Shown here: one piece after another, positions 11,786-24,414 of the stretch
How the letters are laid out: every line of letters starts with the position of its first letter
Numbering within the stretch: position 1 is the first letter of the stretch
Assembly: GCA_951406725.2 (NCBI GenBank)
Contig: OX597818.1
Span: forward strand, 58,094,001 to 58,158,000
Source of the DNA: Octopus vulgaris
Lineage: Eukaryota
DNA: 64,000 bases
Reading direction: 5' to 3'
Program-made: the position numbers and the translations under genes
Notes under the pieces: model-generated
What the model was told of the DNA's origin: nothing
What the model saw: the letters and a program-made list of their open reading frames with translations, nothing else
The model's database searches: none

Positions 11786-12455
11786 CTAAACGCAGTTTGA
11801 ATATTATAACAAATATAGATATATATCTATGAAGTTATATATGTATCTGACAGCTGGAAATGTATGAACATTTATATATATAATTCATTTGAAAGAATAC
11901 CAGAGACTCACTTCAAGTATCATTTACGTCTAATCCTATTCTATATTAGAGTAAATTATATTATATACGTACATACGTACACATTCATTTGCTGATAGGC
12001 ATGTATGTATAGGTATATATGCATCTATATATGTATGTGTCATTTATGTGTAATTCCGTAATTGTGAACACGGGAACAGTAACTATAAATCTTTCTTCGT
12101 GAATGGCTTAAACGTAAGAGCATAAATCTTGCTATTTTCGATTGTAAAAGTCATACTGTGCGGAGAACAATACAATTTAAGAAATGATATTTAGGATATT
12201 AATCCGTCTATTGGGACGTTTATCAATACAATTGTGCAATCACTATTATTACGTACGTAGACGAAATTTTATTTATCCTAACTTAGAATAGGATTACACG
12301 TAAATCATATTTGCAGTGAGTCTGTGGTATTCTTTCAAATGGACTTCGATGAATCATATATATATATAAACGTTCGTATATTTCTCGCTGTCAGATACAC
12401 ATATAATATCGTTGCTACATATCCATATTTATTTTAATATTCAAACTGCGTTTAG
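11786..12455. mobile_element. Fold-back/MITE-like element with long diverged inverted arms
   Basis: 11786-11943 aligns to the reverse complement of 12284-12455 (ctaaacgcagtttgaatatta..., tgtatctgacagc, catttgaaagaatacca.agactcact, taatcctattcta). Spacer about 340 bp. Confidence 0.75.
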
Positions 12456-13916
12456 ATGTGTATTTGATTCTTTTCCGTGAGTCTACGGAATCCAATATAT
12501 ATTCCAATACTTGTTGAACAGATGAGACAAAATTTAATATACCTGTTATAGATTATAATATGTTAAACTGTACATCATTGTGTCTGGTATATTTTCAACA
12601 ATCTTTCTCACCTACACCTATTTCTCTGAATTCAAGTGAATAGATAAATAAGCTGTTTACATTTACGTTTCGTCTTATTCTTATATCATATCATTAATGA
12701 GCTGAAAAATTCGAAAACCAAAAGATTTGCTATAGAAAAAAATCTTAAATGCGCTAAAAAGCAGTATTACTTGAGTGTAATATTATACACCTATTTGGTT
12801 TACACACATGAAGCAGAATCAATATGGTAAGAGAGCGAAATCTTTGAAGTTATCTTCATAGATTTCTTTTTTTTGGCGATATCTTTTATTCAACCATCAC
12901 TTATCATGTCTAGCATTCAGAATCTGAACTATTTTTTTCATTGGCGAATGACTGAGTAATATATATTCAGTGATTTAAGAATTATTTTTTAAAAGAAAAT
13001 GTTCGTTTCTTAAGAATTAAATGCTTTATTGTCACGTTAAGCGAGTTGGAAATTAAAAGAAAAAAAACAAAGTTGCATGATATATTCTTTTTAAATGCAA
13101 CTGAAAATCCAGCAGATCGCGAACTGATATTTTAACAAAGCACATACAAACACGTATACACGCAAAACATTTTTCATGTTTGTGCCAGACGCTAGCTGTA
13201 TAAATTAGAATAATTACCACCGTAGAATTTCTAATGAATGAATGTTTTAATAAAATCAATAAGATTAGAGCAAGAATTAATCAAAAATGTTTGTTGTGTT
13301 AAAACACATGTATGGTTGTGAAATATAAATTTTGTCAAAAACTTTCTGATAGGAAAATAATTTAGTCAGGTTTCTTAAAACATCAAATCACACAACGATG
13401 TCTAATATAATTTTGCGGAATTTAATCGCGAAATTTTTATCTCTCTAATATAATCTCTGTAATTGGTTTACCATCACTTACGATGTTGTATGCATTGGAG
13501 CATTTCGGAAAATGGTTAAGTAAATTAAATTTAAAATATCACACGTAATATTTGAAAAATATCCTATTTTACCCTCTCTATAAGATGTCTTAAAGTACGA
13601 ATATATGAGATCGCATATATTACAATTTTAAAAGTTGAATAATTTATTCAGACTATAATTGAGCGTTAGCCAATGAATAATCACATGCAAGTATGCTAAA
13701 TGTTATGCCGTTTATAATTACATTGCAAGAATTAACAACTACATAGTTTATATTATCTACTGTGGCTATTCAAATTAGATATAGAATTTACATAAACGTA
13801 CAAATCTAGCAATAACAGAATTTCAAACAGATAGAATTGTTTTCAAAACATGTACTGTGTATCAGTTCAAAAGTTAACAAACAATGAATTATCTATGCAT
13901 ACAAATATATATGGAA

Positions 13917-14265
13917 GCACTCCGTCGGTTACGACGACGACGGTTCCGGTTGATCCGAATCAACGGAACAACCTGCTCGTGAAATCAACGTGTAAGTGGC
14001 TGAGCACTCCACAGACACGTGTACATAGTTGTCGGGGATATTCAGCATGACACAGAGAGTGACAAGGCCGGCCCTTTGAAATACAGGTACAACAGAAACA
14101 GGATGTAAGAGTGAGAGAAAGTTGTGGTGAAAGAGTACCGGAGCCTCGTGGAACTTTTAGGTGTTTTCGCTCAATAAACACTCACAACGCCCGGTCTGGG
14201 AATCGAAACCGCGATCCTATGACCGCGAGTCCGCTGCCCTAACCACTGGGCCATTGCGCCACCAC
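13917..14265 (-). mobile_element. tRNA-derived SINE family B with 16-bp TSD
   Basis: Head ggcgcaatggcccagtggttagggcagcggactcgcggtc...gtttcgattcc (A/B boxes). TSD acaaatatatatggaa at 13901-13916 and 14266-14281. Confidence 0.92.
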
Positions 14266-14289
14266 ACAAATATATATGGAAATTATAAG

Positions 14290-14725
14290 ACTGGTGTCAA
14301 AGTTTGGCACAGGCCGGTAGGTTTTGTAAGAGGGACTAACTCGAATAAATCGACCTCGGTGTTCAAATGGTCCATATTTATATTTTATCGACCCCGAAAT
14401 GGATGAATGGCAACTTAGAACCAGGCGGCATTTGATCTCAAAAGGTAAAGATGGGCGAAATGCCGCTAAGCATTTCGCCCGGCGTGCTAACGATTTTGCC
14501 GCCTCGTGTGCATAAAATATTGGTTTCAAATTTTGGCACAAGGCAAGCAATTTCGGGGTGGGATTAAATCGGTTACATTGTCCCCAGTACTAGTCTGGAA
14601 CTTACGTCTATCGACCCTGAAGGATGAAAGGCAAAGTCATCTCGGCGGAACTTAAACGCAAAACTTTCAGACAGTCGAAGTGCAGCTAAGTATTTTCCTG
14701 GCGTGCTAACGATTCTGCCAGCTCA
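14290..14725 (-). mobile_element. SINE family A, decayed dimer with alternative tail
   Basis: gcatttcgcccggcgtgctaacgatt, atcgacccc.aaggatgaaaggcaaagtc. Tail ggtttcaaattttggcacaagg. Confidence 0.75.
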
Positions 14726-17423
14726 CAGTTTTGTGCATCTTTTAACAGCATATATTATTCACCATAAAATTGTTACACGTATTAACATTCCACACAAGTG
14801 CCTATAACAATATTTGGATCCTTGTGTCCTGCATCTATGGTTACAGCGGAAGAATATGAGTTCAAAACCCAGTTACGTTTCACGCTTCTCATAAATACAT
14901 TGATAGAGAGGTAGGCATACGGACGGAAAGACAGATATGTATTGACTTCTATTTCTATCTTATATAGCAATTAAAAAAAAACATCAAATGATGTGTATTT
15001 GATACATTGCTGCGTTTTGCCGACATTATAAACATGTAAATTACCACCTGGTATCCTCTATGTTGTTTGAAATATATTACATATAAGTCTTTTAACGGCA
15101 AATGATGGGGCAAACGAACGTAGTCAAAGAGATTGGAACCACCCAAAGCATGGATTCATTTCTGTAATCCACAAGTTTGAATTATAAGTGAAGAAAAATT
15201 ATTTAAGTAAGCAACCATTAACACCGTAAGATCTATAAAGTTACTTGGTATTCAATTACAGTCTTATAGAAAATGAGAAGCACAGCTTGAATTTTCATAG
15301 ATATAAGGTACCCCTCTTTGCATGACGCACATTTTATCTGAACGAATAATGCTACTCAGTATATAAACTTTTTTGATTGTTACACGTATGCGGAATTGTT
15401 AAAGCTCAAATTTCTTTTCACAACTGGGTTTTGGAAGATACGAACCCATAAAGACTTCAGCCTTTATGGGTTCAAAACTAGAACCCGTACTGAAATTAAA
15501 CTATAATAATTTGCTTAAGGATGAGCGCCCACGAATCATATCTTGTATTCATAGAATAGATTTACATCTTGCTTGTTCACGAAAGAGTAAACGAAATGGC
15601 AAATGCTAACCGTTCAGTTTAAACAAAAAGGAAGCAGAATATATGGAGAAATCCATGGACAGAACAATTAAAACATTCATAAAACAAAAGCGAAACAATT
15701 GTGTCGCTTACACAGATTGCCCATAAACTGAGAACAGAATTGACAGCTCTAAACATGCTATACTTATTCTGAATGGAACTACACTAGCAAGAGGTGATTC
15801 TAAACAAATTTTCCTTCATCGATTATAGTTTTAAGGAATACAACCTATTGAAAATACAGAAAGACTGCATGTTAGATGTTCATACAATAGTATTATTTGT
15901 TGGAATAAAAAACTACCAATTTTGACGGATGACATTTTGAAAATAAACTTAAAACATTTAAGATTGGAAGTGTCTTACGGTGTCAAGCATCCATCAACCA
16001 TTTATTATATCACTTGAATACTAGAAACTTCAGAAATTATTTAACAATACAAGCATGTAGCAGTTTGTTATTCATTATTCTTTCACATGATTTGACGAGA
16101 TCTGTTATCTCTCCGGTCTTCTGTATAATTTCTACTGATTTTCCAAACATCGGGCTCTCCAAATCTTGTGTAAATATATGACAGACTTTGTGTACGTGAC
16201 ATAGAGATGACCCAAGGGGAACCTTTCTTGTACGCAAATGCGTATGTATGTATGTATTTGTGTATGCATGTATGTATGTATAGAGAAAGGGCTATCTTCC
16301 TTCCAATTGCTGTGAACGGCGTAGGCAACCCATGTATTTAGAAAGTCCTCTTATTTCATAAAATAAATGGGAGAATACTACTGAAAATAACAGCTGGAAA
16401 CGAATGTCTACTCCTAAAAATTAAGTGTCATAGCGGATTGTGAATTTGATAAAAAAATGAAGTTACATATATACTATAAGATTTCTTCACATCTTGAATC
16501 TTCTGCAATCTCTTATTCCGGCTGTAAACACTATGAACATTATCTCTATTCTCTCGATTCCTAAACTACTGAATATGCCATTCTTATTAGGGTTTTGTTG
16601 TACATACAAATATTGATTCTTAACTACGTTGAATCAGATCCTGGAAACGTAATTGTCTAACAACTGATCGGATCCTAGATAAACTGTTTAAATTGAAACA
16701 TTGTCATTTTTTGAATAATACTCATCTTTACACAGTCGTTATAGAGTTTATGTATTTACATAAACTTTGCAACGCAACAAAAGCGTTTATATTATAATTC
16801 AAGTTATATATTTAGAAATACAATTCTTTTCCCTTTCGAGAAATGTCAAATTCTGTTCTTTTAGCGTAAATTGAGACATTCCATGTTAAGAACATCTATA
16901 AACCTGTATGATGTTTACCTAGTTTTTGGCTAAAAGTCGATTATTTAAAATGTGAATTGCACTTTCTTCTTTTCTTTTTAATTTGTGTAAGTGTCTTATA
17001 TCAAGACATAAATATTTTGGACATAAAACCAGCAGACTGGAACGCAAACAGAAAATGAAATTAGTATCGCATCGTTGGAACCAAAAGATGACGAATAACT
17101 CGGTAGTCTTAACTGAAAAGAGATTCAGAATATCGAAGATGTTCAAATATGAATAACTCGCATCGTAAGTAACATAATGCCCAGAAGCAATCATGTTAAT
17201 TATTCATACAAAAATATATAGCAGGATGTTTGATGAGACAAACTATAACGCTCACACCGGTTCCAGTGTATTCAGGCAAAGACACTCATTTACATTACCG
17301 CTTGAACACACACACATTCATCCAACACTTTCGTTAAGGTATGTTTATGTAGAAATATATATATATATATTTCAATATGATTTGCGTACATTTACAGATA
17401 TATTTGCGTCTTTCATTGTCGAT

Positions 17424-18188
17424 CGGGACGAGCGTGTCTGCATACGCGGACGACGTCACCGTCATAGTGTCTAGCCACGAGCACATCGAGCTGGTCGGCG
17501 AGACACTGAAAAACTACGAAACGGTGACAGGAGCGAAAATCAACCGGGAAAAGTCAGTGGGCTTGCGACTAGGCACCTGGAGAAGCAAGCCCATGCCGTC
17601 CACCAGCGCCTCCGTCGTGGGACGCTGGACCGACGGCCCGGTTGAGTTGCTCGGGGTCTGGTTTGGTCCGGACCTCCAAGTGGAGAAGAACTGGAACGAG
17701 ATAACGAGTAGGGTGGTCACTCTCGCCCGGCAATGGGCCGAGAGGAAACTGTCCCTAAAAGGTCGAGCGGAGGTGGCGAACACGTACATCGCGTCCGTCA
17801 TCTACTACCGCCTGACCGTCGTACCTTGTCCCGACCCTACCATCACCAAACTACAACGCATCCTCTTTCGCTTCTTGTGGAAAGGATGCGTCCCGATGGT
17901 CAGGCGATCCATTTGCTGTCAACACCCGTTAAAAGGAGGGCTGGGCATGCCGTGGTTGATGATGCGCAGACACGCGCTGAGACTGCGGCATCTCTGGCTC
18001 TATGTAGACGACGGTGAACAGGTGTGGTCGCCGTTTGTGAGGCACGCTTTCCCGCAGCTCGTCTCCATGACCGAACTGCAGTCGTGGATCAAAAAGAGGC
18101 CGAGGAAGGGCGAATGGCACCGCGAGTGTCGCGTTGCTCTCAAGCAACTCTGCCGTCCTGGGTCGACCTTAAGTGACTTCAACACAAC
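17424..18188 (+). mobile_element. Internal Tx1-family ORF2 fragment (RT C-terminal part) flanked by a 10-bp direct repeat
   Basis: Open frame VSAYADDVTVIVS...LKQLCRPGS is homologous to ~28914-29980 (without the 303-bp duplication). cattgtcgat at 17414-17423 and 18189-18198. Confidence 0.92.
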
Positions 18189-18239
18189 CATTGTCGATGT
18201 AAAAATATGACTGCATAACAAATTATGTTGTACTTCTAA

Positions 18240-19038
18240 GGCAGCGAGCTGGCAGAAACGTTAGCACGCCGGGCTAAATGCTTAGCGGTATTTCGTCTGC
18301 TGCTACGTTCTGAGTTCAATTTCCCCGAGGTCGACATTGCCTTTCATCCTTTCGGAGTCGATAAATTAAGTACCAGTTGTGCACTGGAGTCGATATAATC
18401 GACTTAATCCGTTTGCCTGTCATTGTTTGTCCCCTCTGTGTTTAGCCCCTTGTGGGTAATAAAAAAATAGGTATTTCGTCTGCCGCTACGTTCTGAGTTC
18501 AAATTCCACTGAGGTCGACTTAGCTTTTCATCCTTTCGGAGTCGATAAATTAAGTACCAGTTACTCACTGGGGTCGATATTATCGACTTTATCCATTTGT
18601 CTGTCTTTGTTTGTCCCCTCTATGTTTAGCCCCTTGTGGACAATAAAGAAATAAGAAATGTTAGCACGCCGAGCGAAATGCTTAGCGGTATTTCCTCTGT
18701 CTTTACGTTCTCAGTTCAGATTGCGCCGAGATCAAGTTTGCCTTTCAGGGTCGATGAATTAAGTACCAGTACGCAACTGGGTTCGATCTAATCGATTGAA
18801 CCCTCCACCAAAATTTCAGGCCTTATACCTGGAGTAGACAAGGATATACAAAATATTAAAGCCGTCGAGGTGGCAGAATCGTTAGCACTCCGGGCGAAAT
18901 GCTTAGCGATATTTCATCTGTCTTTACGTTCTGAGGTCGATTTTGCTTTTTATCCTTTCGAAGACGATAAATTAAGTACCTGTCGCACACTAGGTCGACC
19001 TAAATTTCGGGCCGTGTGCCTAGAGTAGAAAAGATTAT
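18240..19038 (+). mobile_element. SINE family A tandem array (4 units)
   Basis: Junctions at ~18461-18480 and ~18641-18670. Units 3-4 carry the alternative tail (aatttc.ggcc.t.t.cct.gagtaga). Confidence 0.9.
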
Positions 19039-20203
19039 TTTGAAACCCTTCTGAATGAATCACTACAGATGAGCGAAACTGTGAACAGTAAAAGCAATAT
19101 CATCAAGTTTCAAAGAATTCCATTTTCATAAAATTCATAAACGGAATTATTTATATATCAGTTTGTTTCGAAACGTTTGAACAAATTCAGGAAATATTGT
19201 TCCCCTGTCTGAGTAAACATACTAATTTCTATTTGATTAACATTTACAAAGTTTCGTTGATATTAAAAACATATTTCGCTTTCGCATTGTAGTCGATATA
19301 ACTGACAATATCGAATTAAAATTAATATATGTCACTTACGATGTTTCACTGTTATGCTTCCAATTCCAATATACTGTGAACCGAGAATTCGATATTATAT
19401 TCTAGTTAAATTTGTAACAAAACTTACAATAAATATAAGAATTAAAAACTCTTGCATTGTTGAATAATTTTATATATCAAAGTTAGCAATAATAACATTT
19501 AGAATCAGCAAGTCATCAATTTATGCATTTGACATTTAATTTATGGCGAAATCGCAGTAATATTTAAACATTTTGCAGAATGAAATATCTAACGCTCAAA
19601 TTCTACATTGTCAACACTTGTATAGATAAGATATCTCAAACTAATCCCATAGTGTTTCCATATGTATCTTTGATTGTAATCAAATATTTATTAATAAACC
19701 ATGTAAATGTTAATCCTAAAAATGTTTTTTGAATAAATTTATACAGGAAACAAAAATCCTGCTTTTAAATAAAAATAAGCAAAGCACCTGAAATGCATAA
19801 AATAATTTTGTGCGAAATTCATAGGGAATAAATTTACAATGAACGAATTTTCCTGTTATATTAGCACCGAGACGAGTGTAATTAGAATGTGTTACATCGC
19901 ACTGTTTTGAACGATCTCATTTACTCCAAATAATTTCATGAAGTGCTGGGGATGCATACATCATAATATGTACTAGAAAGTCAACAGTAGTCCTTAAGTT
20001 GCATCAGCTTGTAATCACTATAAACAATTAAGCCAGATTAGAAGCAGGATAAAAGTAATAGCAAAAAAAAATTCTGAGGATTATCCACTTTATAATAATT
20101 ACGTAATCTCTGGAAGATGTTTGAAGATAAATCACCATCCGGTAATACACCACTTAGTAACTCAATCTCTAATAGTGGTAGTGATGTAGTTACAACAGAA
20201 TTT

Positions 20204-20434
20204 GGCGGCGAGCTGGCAGAAACGTTAGCACGCCGGACGAAATACGTAACCGTATTTTGTCTGCCGTTACGTTCTGAGTTCAAATTCCGCCGAGGTCGAC
20301 TTTGCCGTTCATCCTTTCGGGGTCGATTAAATAAGTACCATTTACGCACTGGGGTCAATATAATCGACTTAATCTGTTTGTCTGTCCTTGTTTGTCCTCT
20401 CTGTGTTTAGCCCCTTGTGGGCAGTAAAGAAATA
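20204..20434 (+). mobile_element. SINE family A monomer with 16-bp TSD
   Basis: TSD agttacaacagaattt at 20188-20203 and 20435-20450. Confidence 0.93.
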
Positions 20435-20498
20435 AGTTACAACAGAATTTCAACATAGTAGCAGTGGCTTCAGTCGACAAAGTGCATTTCATAATGCC

Positions 20499-20620
20499 GC
20501 GCAGGCGCAACACACACACTATTTAATAGCACCCAATATAATGTTTTAACAATTCTATCAACACCTATATTCTGCTACTCAATATCTGAACTGCGACATT
20601 GCACATTCAGCAGATGGCGC
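20499..20620 (+). promoter_or_regulatory. Candidate cis-regulatory site (CTCF-like and NRF1-like motifs)
   Basis: tcagcagatggcgc (20607-20620) fits the CTCF core CCASYAGRKGGCRS except at its first base. gcgcaggcgca (20499-20509) fits the NRF1/ewg motif. Motif match only. Confidence 0.3.
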
Positions 20621-21048
20621 CGTACTTAGTGTGACATATACATACATAGAAGAGAGGAGGACTTTTTAAAAAATCTTATATAAAAGGAATCTGCTGAAAT
20701 ATAGGTAATCTAACCAGGGTGCCATTAAGTAAATTCGTACATCGAATACCAATAACAAAATAAACTACGTTGAGGGTACTAGCAGTTTCAAAACCACAAC
20801 ATGTCAATATTTCATTATATATGGGAAGCGAAGAATAACGCTACAACTGTCATAGTATAATAGAGATCCCATCTAGGTAATTTAGAATACATTAATAACC
20901 TGTAAATGTCAGAGAACAGAATATTTCTTGTACATTATTCCTGTTCTGAGCGGTAATACAAAACCTGTGTGACATAGATATGTACAATACACAAAAATAT
21001 CTCAACTTAAGTGTGTAGGTATGTATATATGTATGTAATATGCATGTA

Positions 21049-21091
<43 letters not shown>

Positions 21092-21094
<3 letters not shown>

Positions 21095-21206
21095 GGTCCC
21101 GGGTTGAGTCGGGGTTAACCACAGTAAATAAGGTACTCAATACATAGCAGAGTAAATTAATTTATTATATAGAAGGAGCTTATATAGAAGAAGCTCCTTC
21201 TATATA

Positions 21207-21212
<6 letters not shown>
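21092..21212. mobile_element. (TA)n-embedded element ending in a fold-back hairpin, copy 1
   Basis: Same start as 49245 (gtaggtcccgggttgagtcggggttaaccacagtaaataaggtactcaataca). 22-bp arms at 21160-21181 and 21191-21212. Confidence 0.8.
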
Positions 21213-21266
<54 letters not shown>

Positions 21267-21734
21267 ACGTGCATACTCAGGTGCATCTCGAAGGTTTAAG
21301 TTACAACCGTATTCCAGAGAAAATGGTAAATATGTTCAAATGAAAGAGTACATACATATATATTACCATTGCAGGACAAGGAATATTTTATCATATATCG
21401 ATAATTCCTTTTGACCTCTACATCGAATACTATATTTAAAATAGTAAAACACACAATAAAACCATATAAACATCTATGCACAAAATAACAACAATTTCCT
21501 GTATCATTTTAATGATCATCTAAATCCCCTATATACATATATACATATATATATATATATACATATATATATACATATATATACATATATATACACACAT
21601 ATATATACATATATATACACATATATATATACATATATATATATACATATATATACACATATATATACACACACACACATATATATATATATATATGTAT
21701 GTGTGTATGTGTGTATTTCTTTTATTTTTATTTT

Positions 21735-22160
21735 CTTTTATTTCTTTCAGTCATTTGACAGCGGCCATGCTGGAGCACCGCCTTTAGTCGAGCAAATCGA
21801 TCCCAGGACTTAATCTTTGTAAGCCTAGTACTTATTCTATCTGTCTCTCTTGCCGAAACAATAAGTGATGGGGATGTAAACACACCATCATCGGTTGTAA
21901 ATCGATTTTGGGGGGACAAACACAGGCACACAAACATAAACATACATGAATATATATATGTATGTATATATATGTATATATACATCTATCTGTCTATCTA
22001 CAAATATATACATATATATATAAATATATATATGCACACATATTTACGACGGGCTTTTTTCAGTTTACCTCTACCAAATCCACTTACAAGGCTTTGGTCG
22101 GCCCGAGGCTATAGTTTAAGACACTTGCCCAAGGTGCCACGCACTGGGACTGAACCCTGC
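21735..22160 (-). mobile_element. SINE family C
   Basis: tttcagtcatttgac..cggccatgctggagcaccgcc ... gacacttgcccaaggtgccacgca.tgggactgaaccc. Confidence 0.88.
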
Positions 22161-23081
22161 GCCTTTAAATGTATTTCAGAGAAAATGAATATATATATAT
22201 TTAGAGAGAGAGAGAGAGAAAGAAAGAGAGAAAGAGAAGAGAGAGAGAGAAACACATTGTGGAAACGTTCTTTACACATTGACAAAAATAAAAGAGAGAT
22301 ACCGATATATCTACTCTTCTGTTATTTCCTGCGAAATATATTTAATAAGGTGCCAACGCGTCGAGTTGTACACCTGTGAGTTGATAAATTTACAAGTGTA
22401 TAAAATGTTATCATTACATATGTATAATGCTAGCAGTGAAATTAAATATTGTTCACTAAACATTTGCACGACATGACACTTGCGTTTCTGACTTCATTAA
22501 TTGGTGACACCAACTAGAAATATATTACAATATATTTGATAGAGCAAGGTGATGTAATGATATATATATATTCACTTATAAGTGTTAATGGATTTCTGAA
22601 TAAATAATATAGGTGACAAGAAAAGGTAATTAATGTCAAAGTACATTAAATAAATACAAAATACAAATTGCACTAAAACAAAAATTTAATGCAATCTAAT
22701 GATAGTAAAATTCTTGTCTCTAATTGAACAAAATGATTGAAGTTGTAAGCGTCAAACCTCATAAATAATCATAAACCAGAGGAAACAACAGACTATATTA
22801 ATGGCAGAGTTCTAATGAAGATGCTCTTGTCCTGAAGGCAACATCCTTCAGATTTGTAATAAACTGGCCTCCAGCCGATGTTTGTTATAACGTAAAGCAA
22901 TCTACAACGTAGCTTAGATTTTTCAATTAACGGTGTTTATAAAAGTGAGATATATCTCAGCTGGGTCATCGAACTTAGTGGGTTGGAAGAAGTAAATTAA
23001 TAGAAACGGAGACGAGAATGTGAGACCACAAGGGTAGAATGAAATATAAACTATAAAGATGCAAATACAATGTGAAATGAA

Positions 23082-23116
<35 letters not shown>

Positions 23117-23135
23117 GTAGTAGTAGTAGTAGTAG

Positions 23136-23465
23136 TTTTGTTTTGTTTTGTTGTTTTGTTGTTTGTCCCTTCTCGAGCCACGCCTGGCTCATAAGGGCCC
23201 GTTTCCCGGTTTCCTTGGCGTATAGGTTTCCCCAACTGGACGGGACGCCGGTCCGTCGCAGGTGAGCTGCAAGATGCAGGAGGAAAGAGTGAGAGAAAGT
23301 TGTGGCGAAAGAGTCAGCAGAAGTTCGCCATTACCTTCTGCCGGAGCCGCGTGGAGCTGAGGTTCTTCGCTCATAAACACACATACATCGCCCGGTCTGA
23401 GATTCGAACCCGCGATAGCTCGACCGCGACTCCGCTGCTCTAACCACTAGGCCATGTGCCTCCAC
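23136..23465 (-). mobile_element. SINE: B-like tRNA head with alternative ('V-like') tail
   Basis: Head gtggaggcacatggcctagtggttagagcagcgg. Tail cctgcgacggaccggcgtcccgtccag...ggaaaccggg...atgagcc is shared with 57152-57375. (CAAAA)n end. Confidence 0.85.
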
Positions 23466-23550
23466 ATTAGTGGTAGTAGTAGTAGTAATTTTAAAATATT
23501 TTCCGCATTAATACCAGTTGAAGGATTATATACAACCTAACGTCAAGAAA

Positions 23551-23834
23551 GTGGTAAGTAGCTTGCTTACCAACCACATGGTTCCAGGTACAGTCCCACT
23601 GCTGGTACCTTGGGAAAAGTGTCTCCTACTATAGCCTCGGGCTCACCAAAGGTGGATTTGGTAGATGGAAACTGAAAGGAGCCCGTCGTATATACGTGTG
23701 TATATGTGTAGGTGTGTATGTGTTTGTGCGTCTCTGTTTGTCCCCCCCCCCCAACATCGTTTGACAAGTGATGCTGGTGTGTTTACGTCCCCGTAACATA
23801 ACAGTTCGACTAAAGTAACCGATACAATAAGCAC
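23551..23834 (+). mobile_element. SINE family C lacking its own tail, fused to a Tx1 3' end
   Basis: Follows family C to ...ccgata.aataagcac, then switches to Tx1 sequence. Confidence 0.85.
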
Positions 23835-24233
23835 CACTTGAAAAGATAGATGAGAATGGAGAGGCAGGTTTTGTCTAGAGAAAGTTTCAAAAATAGGTGG
23901 GTGAATGTAGCAAAGATGGTGCGTGCGAGTGACGAAACCACTTTGAGCATGATCCTATAAGTCGTAAAAGAGAGAGGAAACTTTGATCTCATGTGTTTAT
24001 TTCCTCTCTGCCTGAGGTTACCGTGGTCTTTTCTGTAGGCTTTTCTTCCACAGATGAACCTAATCTTGTTCGTTATTTTTTTAAAAAATCCCCTATTGAT
24101 CCCTTTTGATCACTTTTTCCGATCCCTTTTGATCGAAATTTTACATTTGTTTCCTTTTCTCTTTTTTCTTTTTCCATCTTCGAAAACAACATCTCTACAT
24201 TTGTATTTAGCCCTGTTTGGCCAATAAAGAAAG
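23829..24233 (+). mobile_element. Tx1-family 3' fragment (copy 1 of tandem cluster)
   Basis: Aligns to 30489-30924 (caccacttgaaaag...gagcatgatcct...gccctgtttggccaataaagaaag). Confidence 0.9.
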
Positions 24234-24276
24234 TTACCTACCTACATACCATCTACCTATCTATCAATCTGTTTAT

Positions 24277-24369
<93 letters not shown>

Positions 24370-24414
24370 AATCTGTTTATCTATCTATCAATCTGTTTAT
24401 CTATCAATCTGTTG

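Noticed and set aside
15442-15481. 12-bp hairpin followed by CTAG as a Helitron 3' end or terminator
   Set aside because: Spacing to CTAG is too short, the next base is not T, and no matching 5' end was found. Bacterial terminators are irrelevant here.
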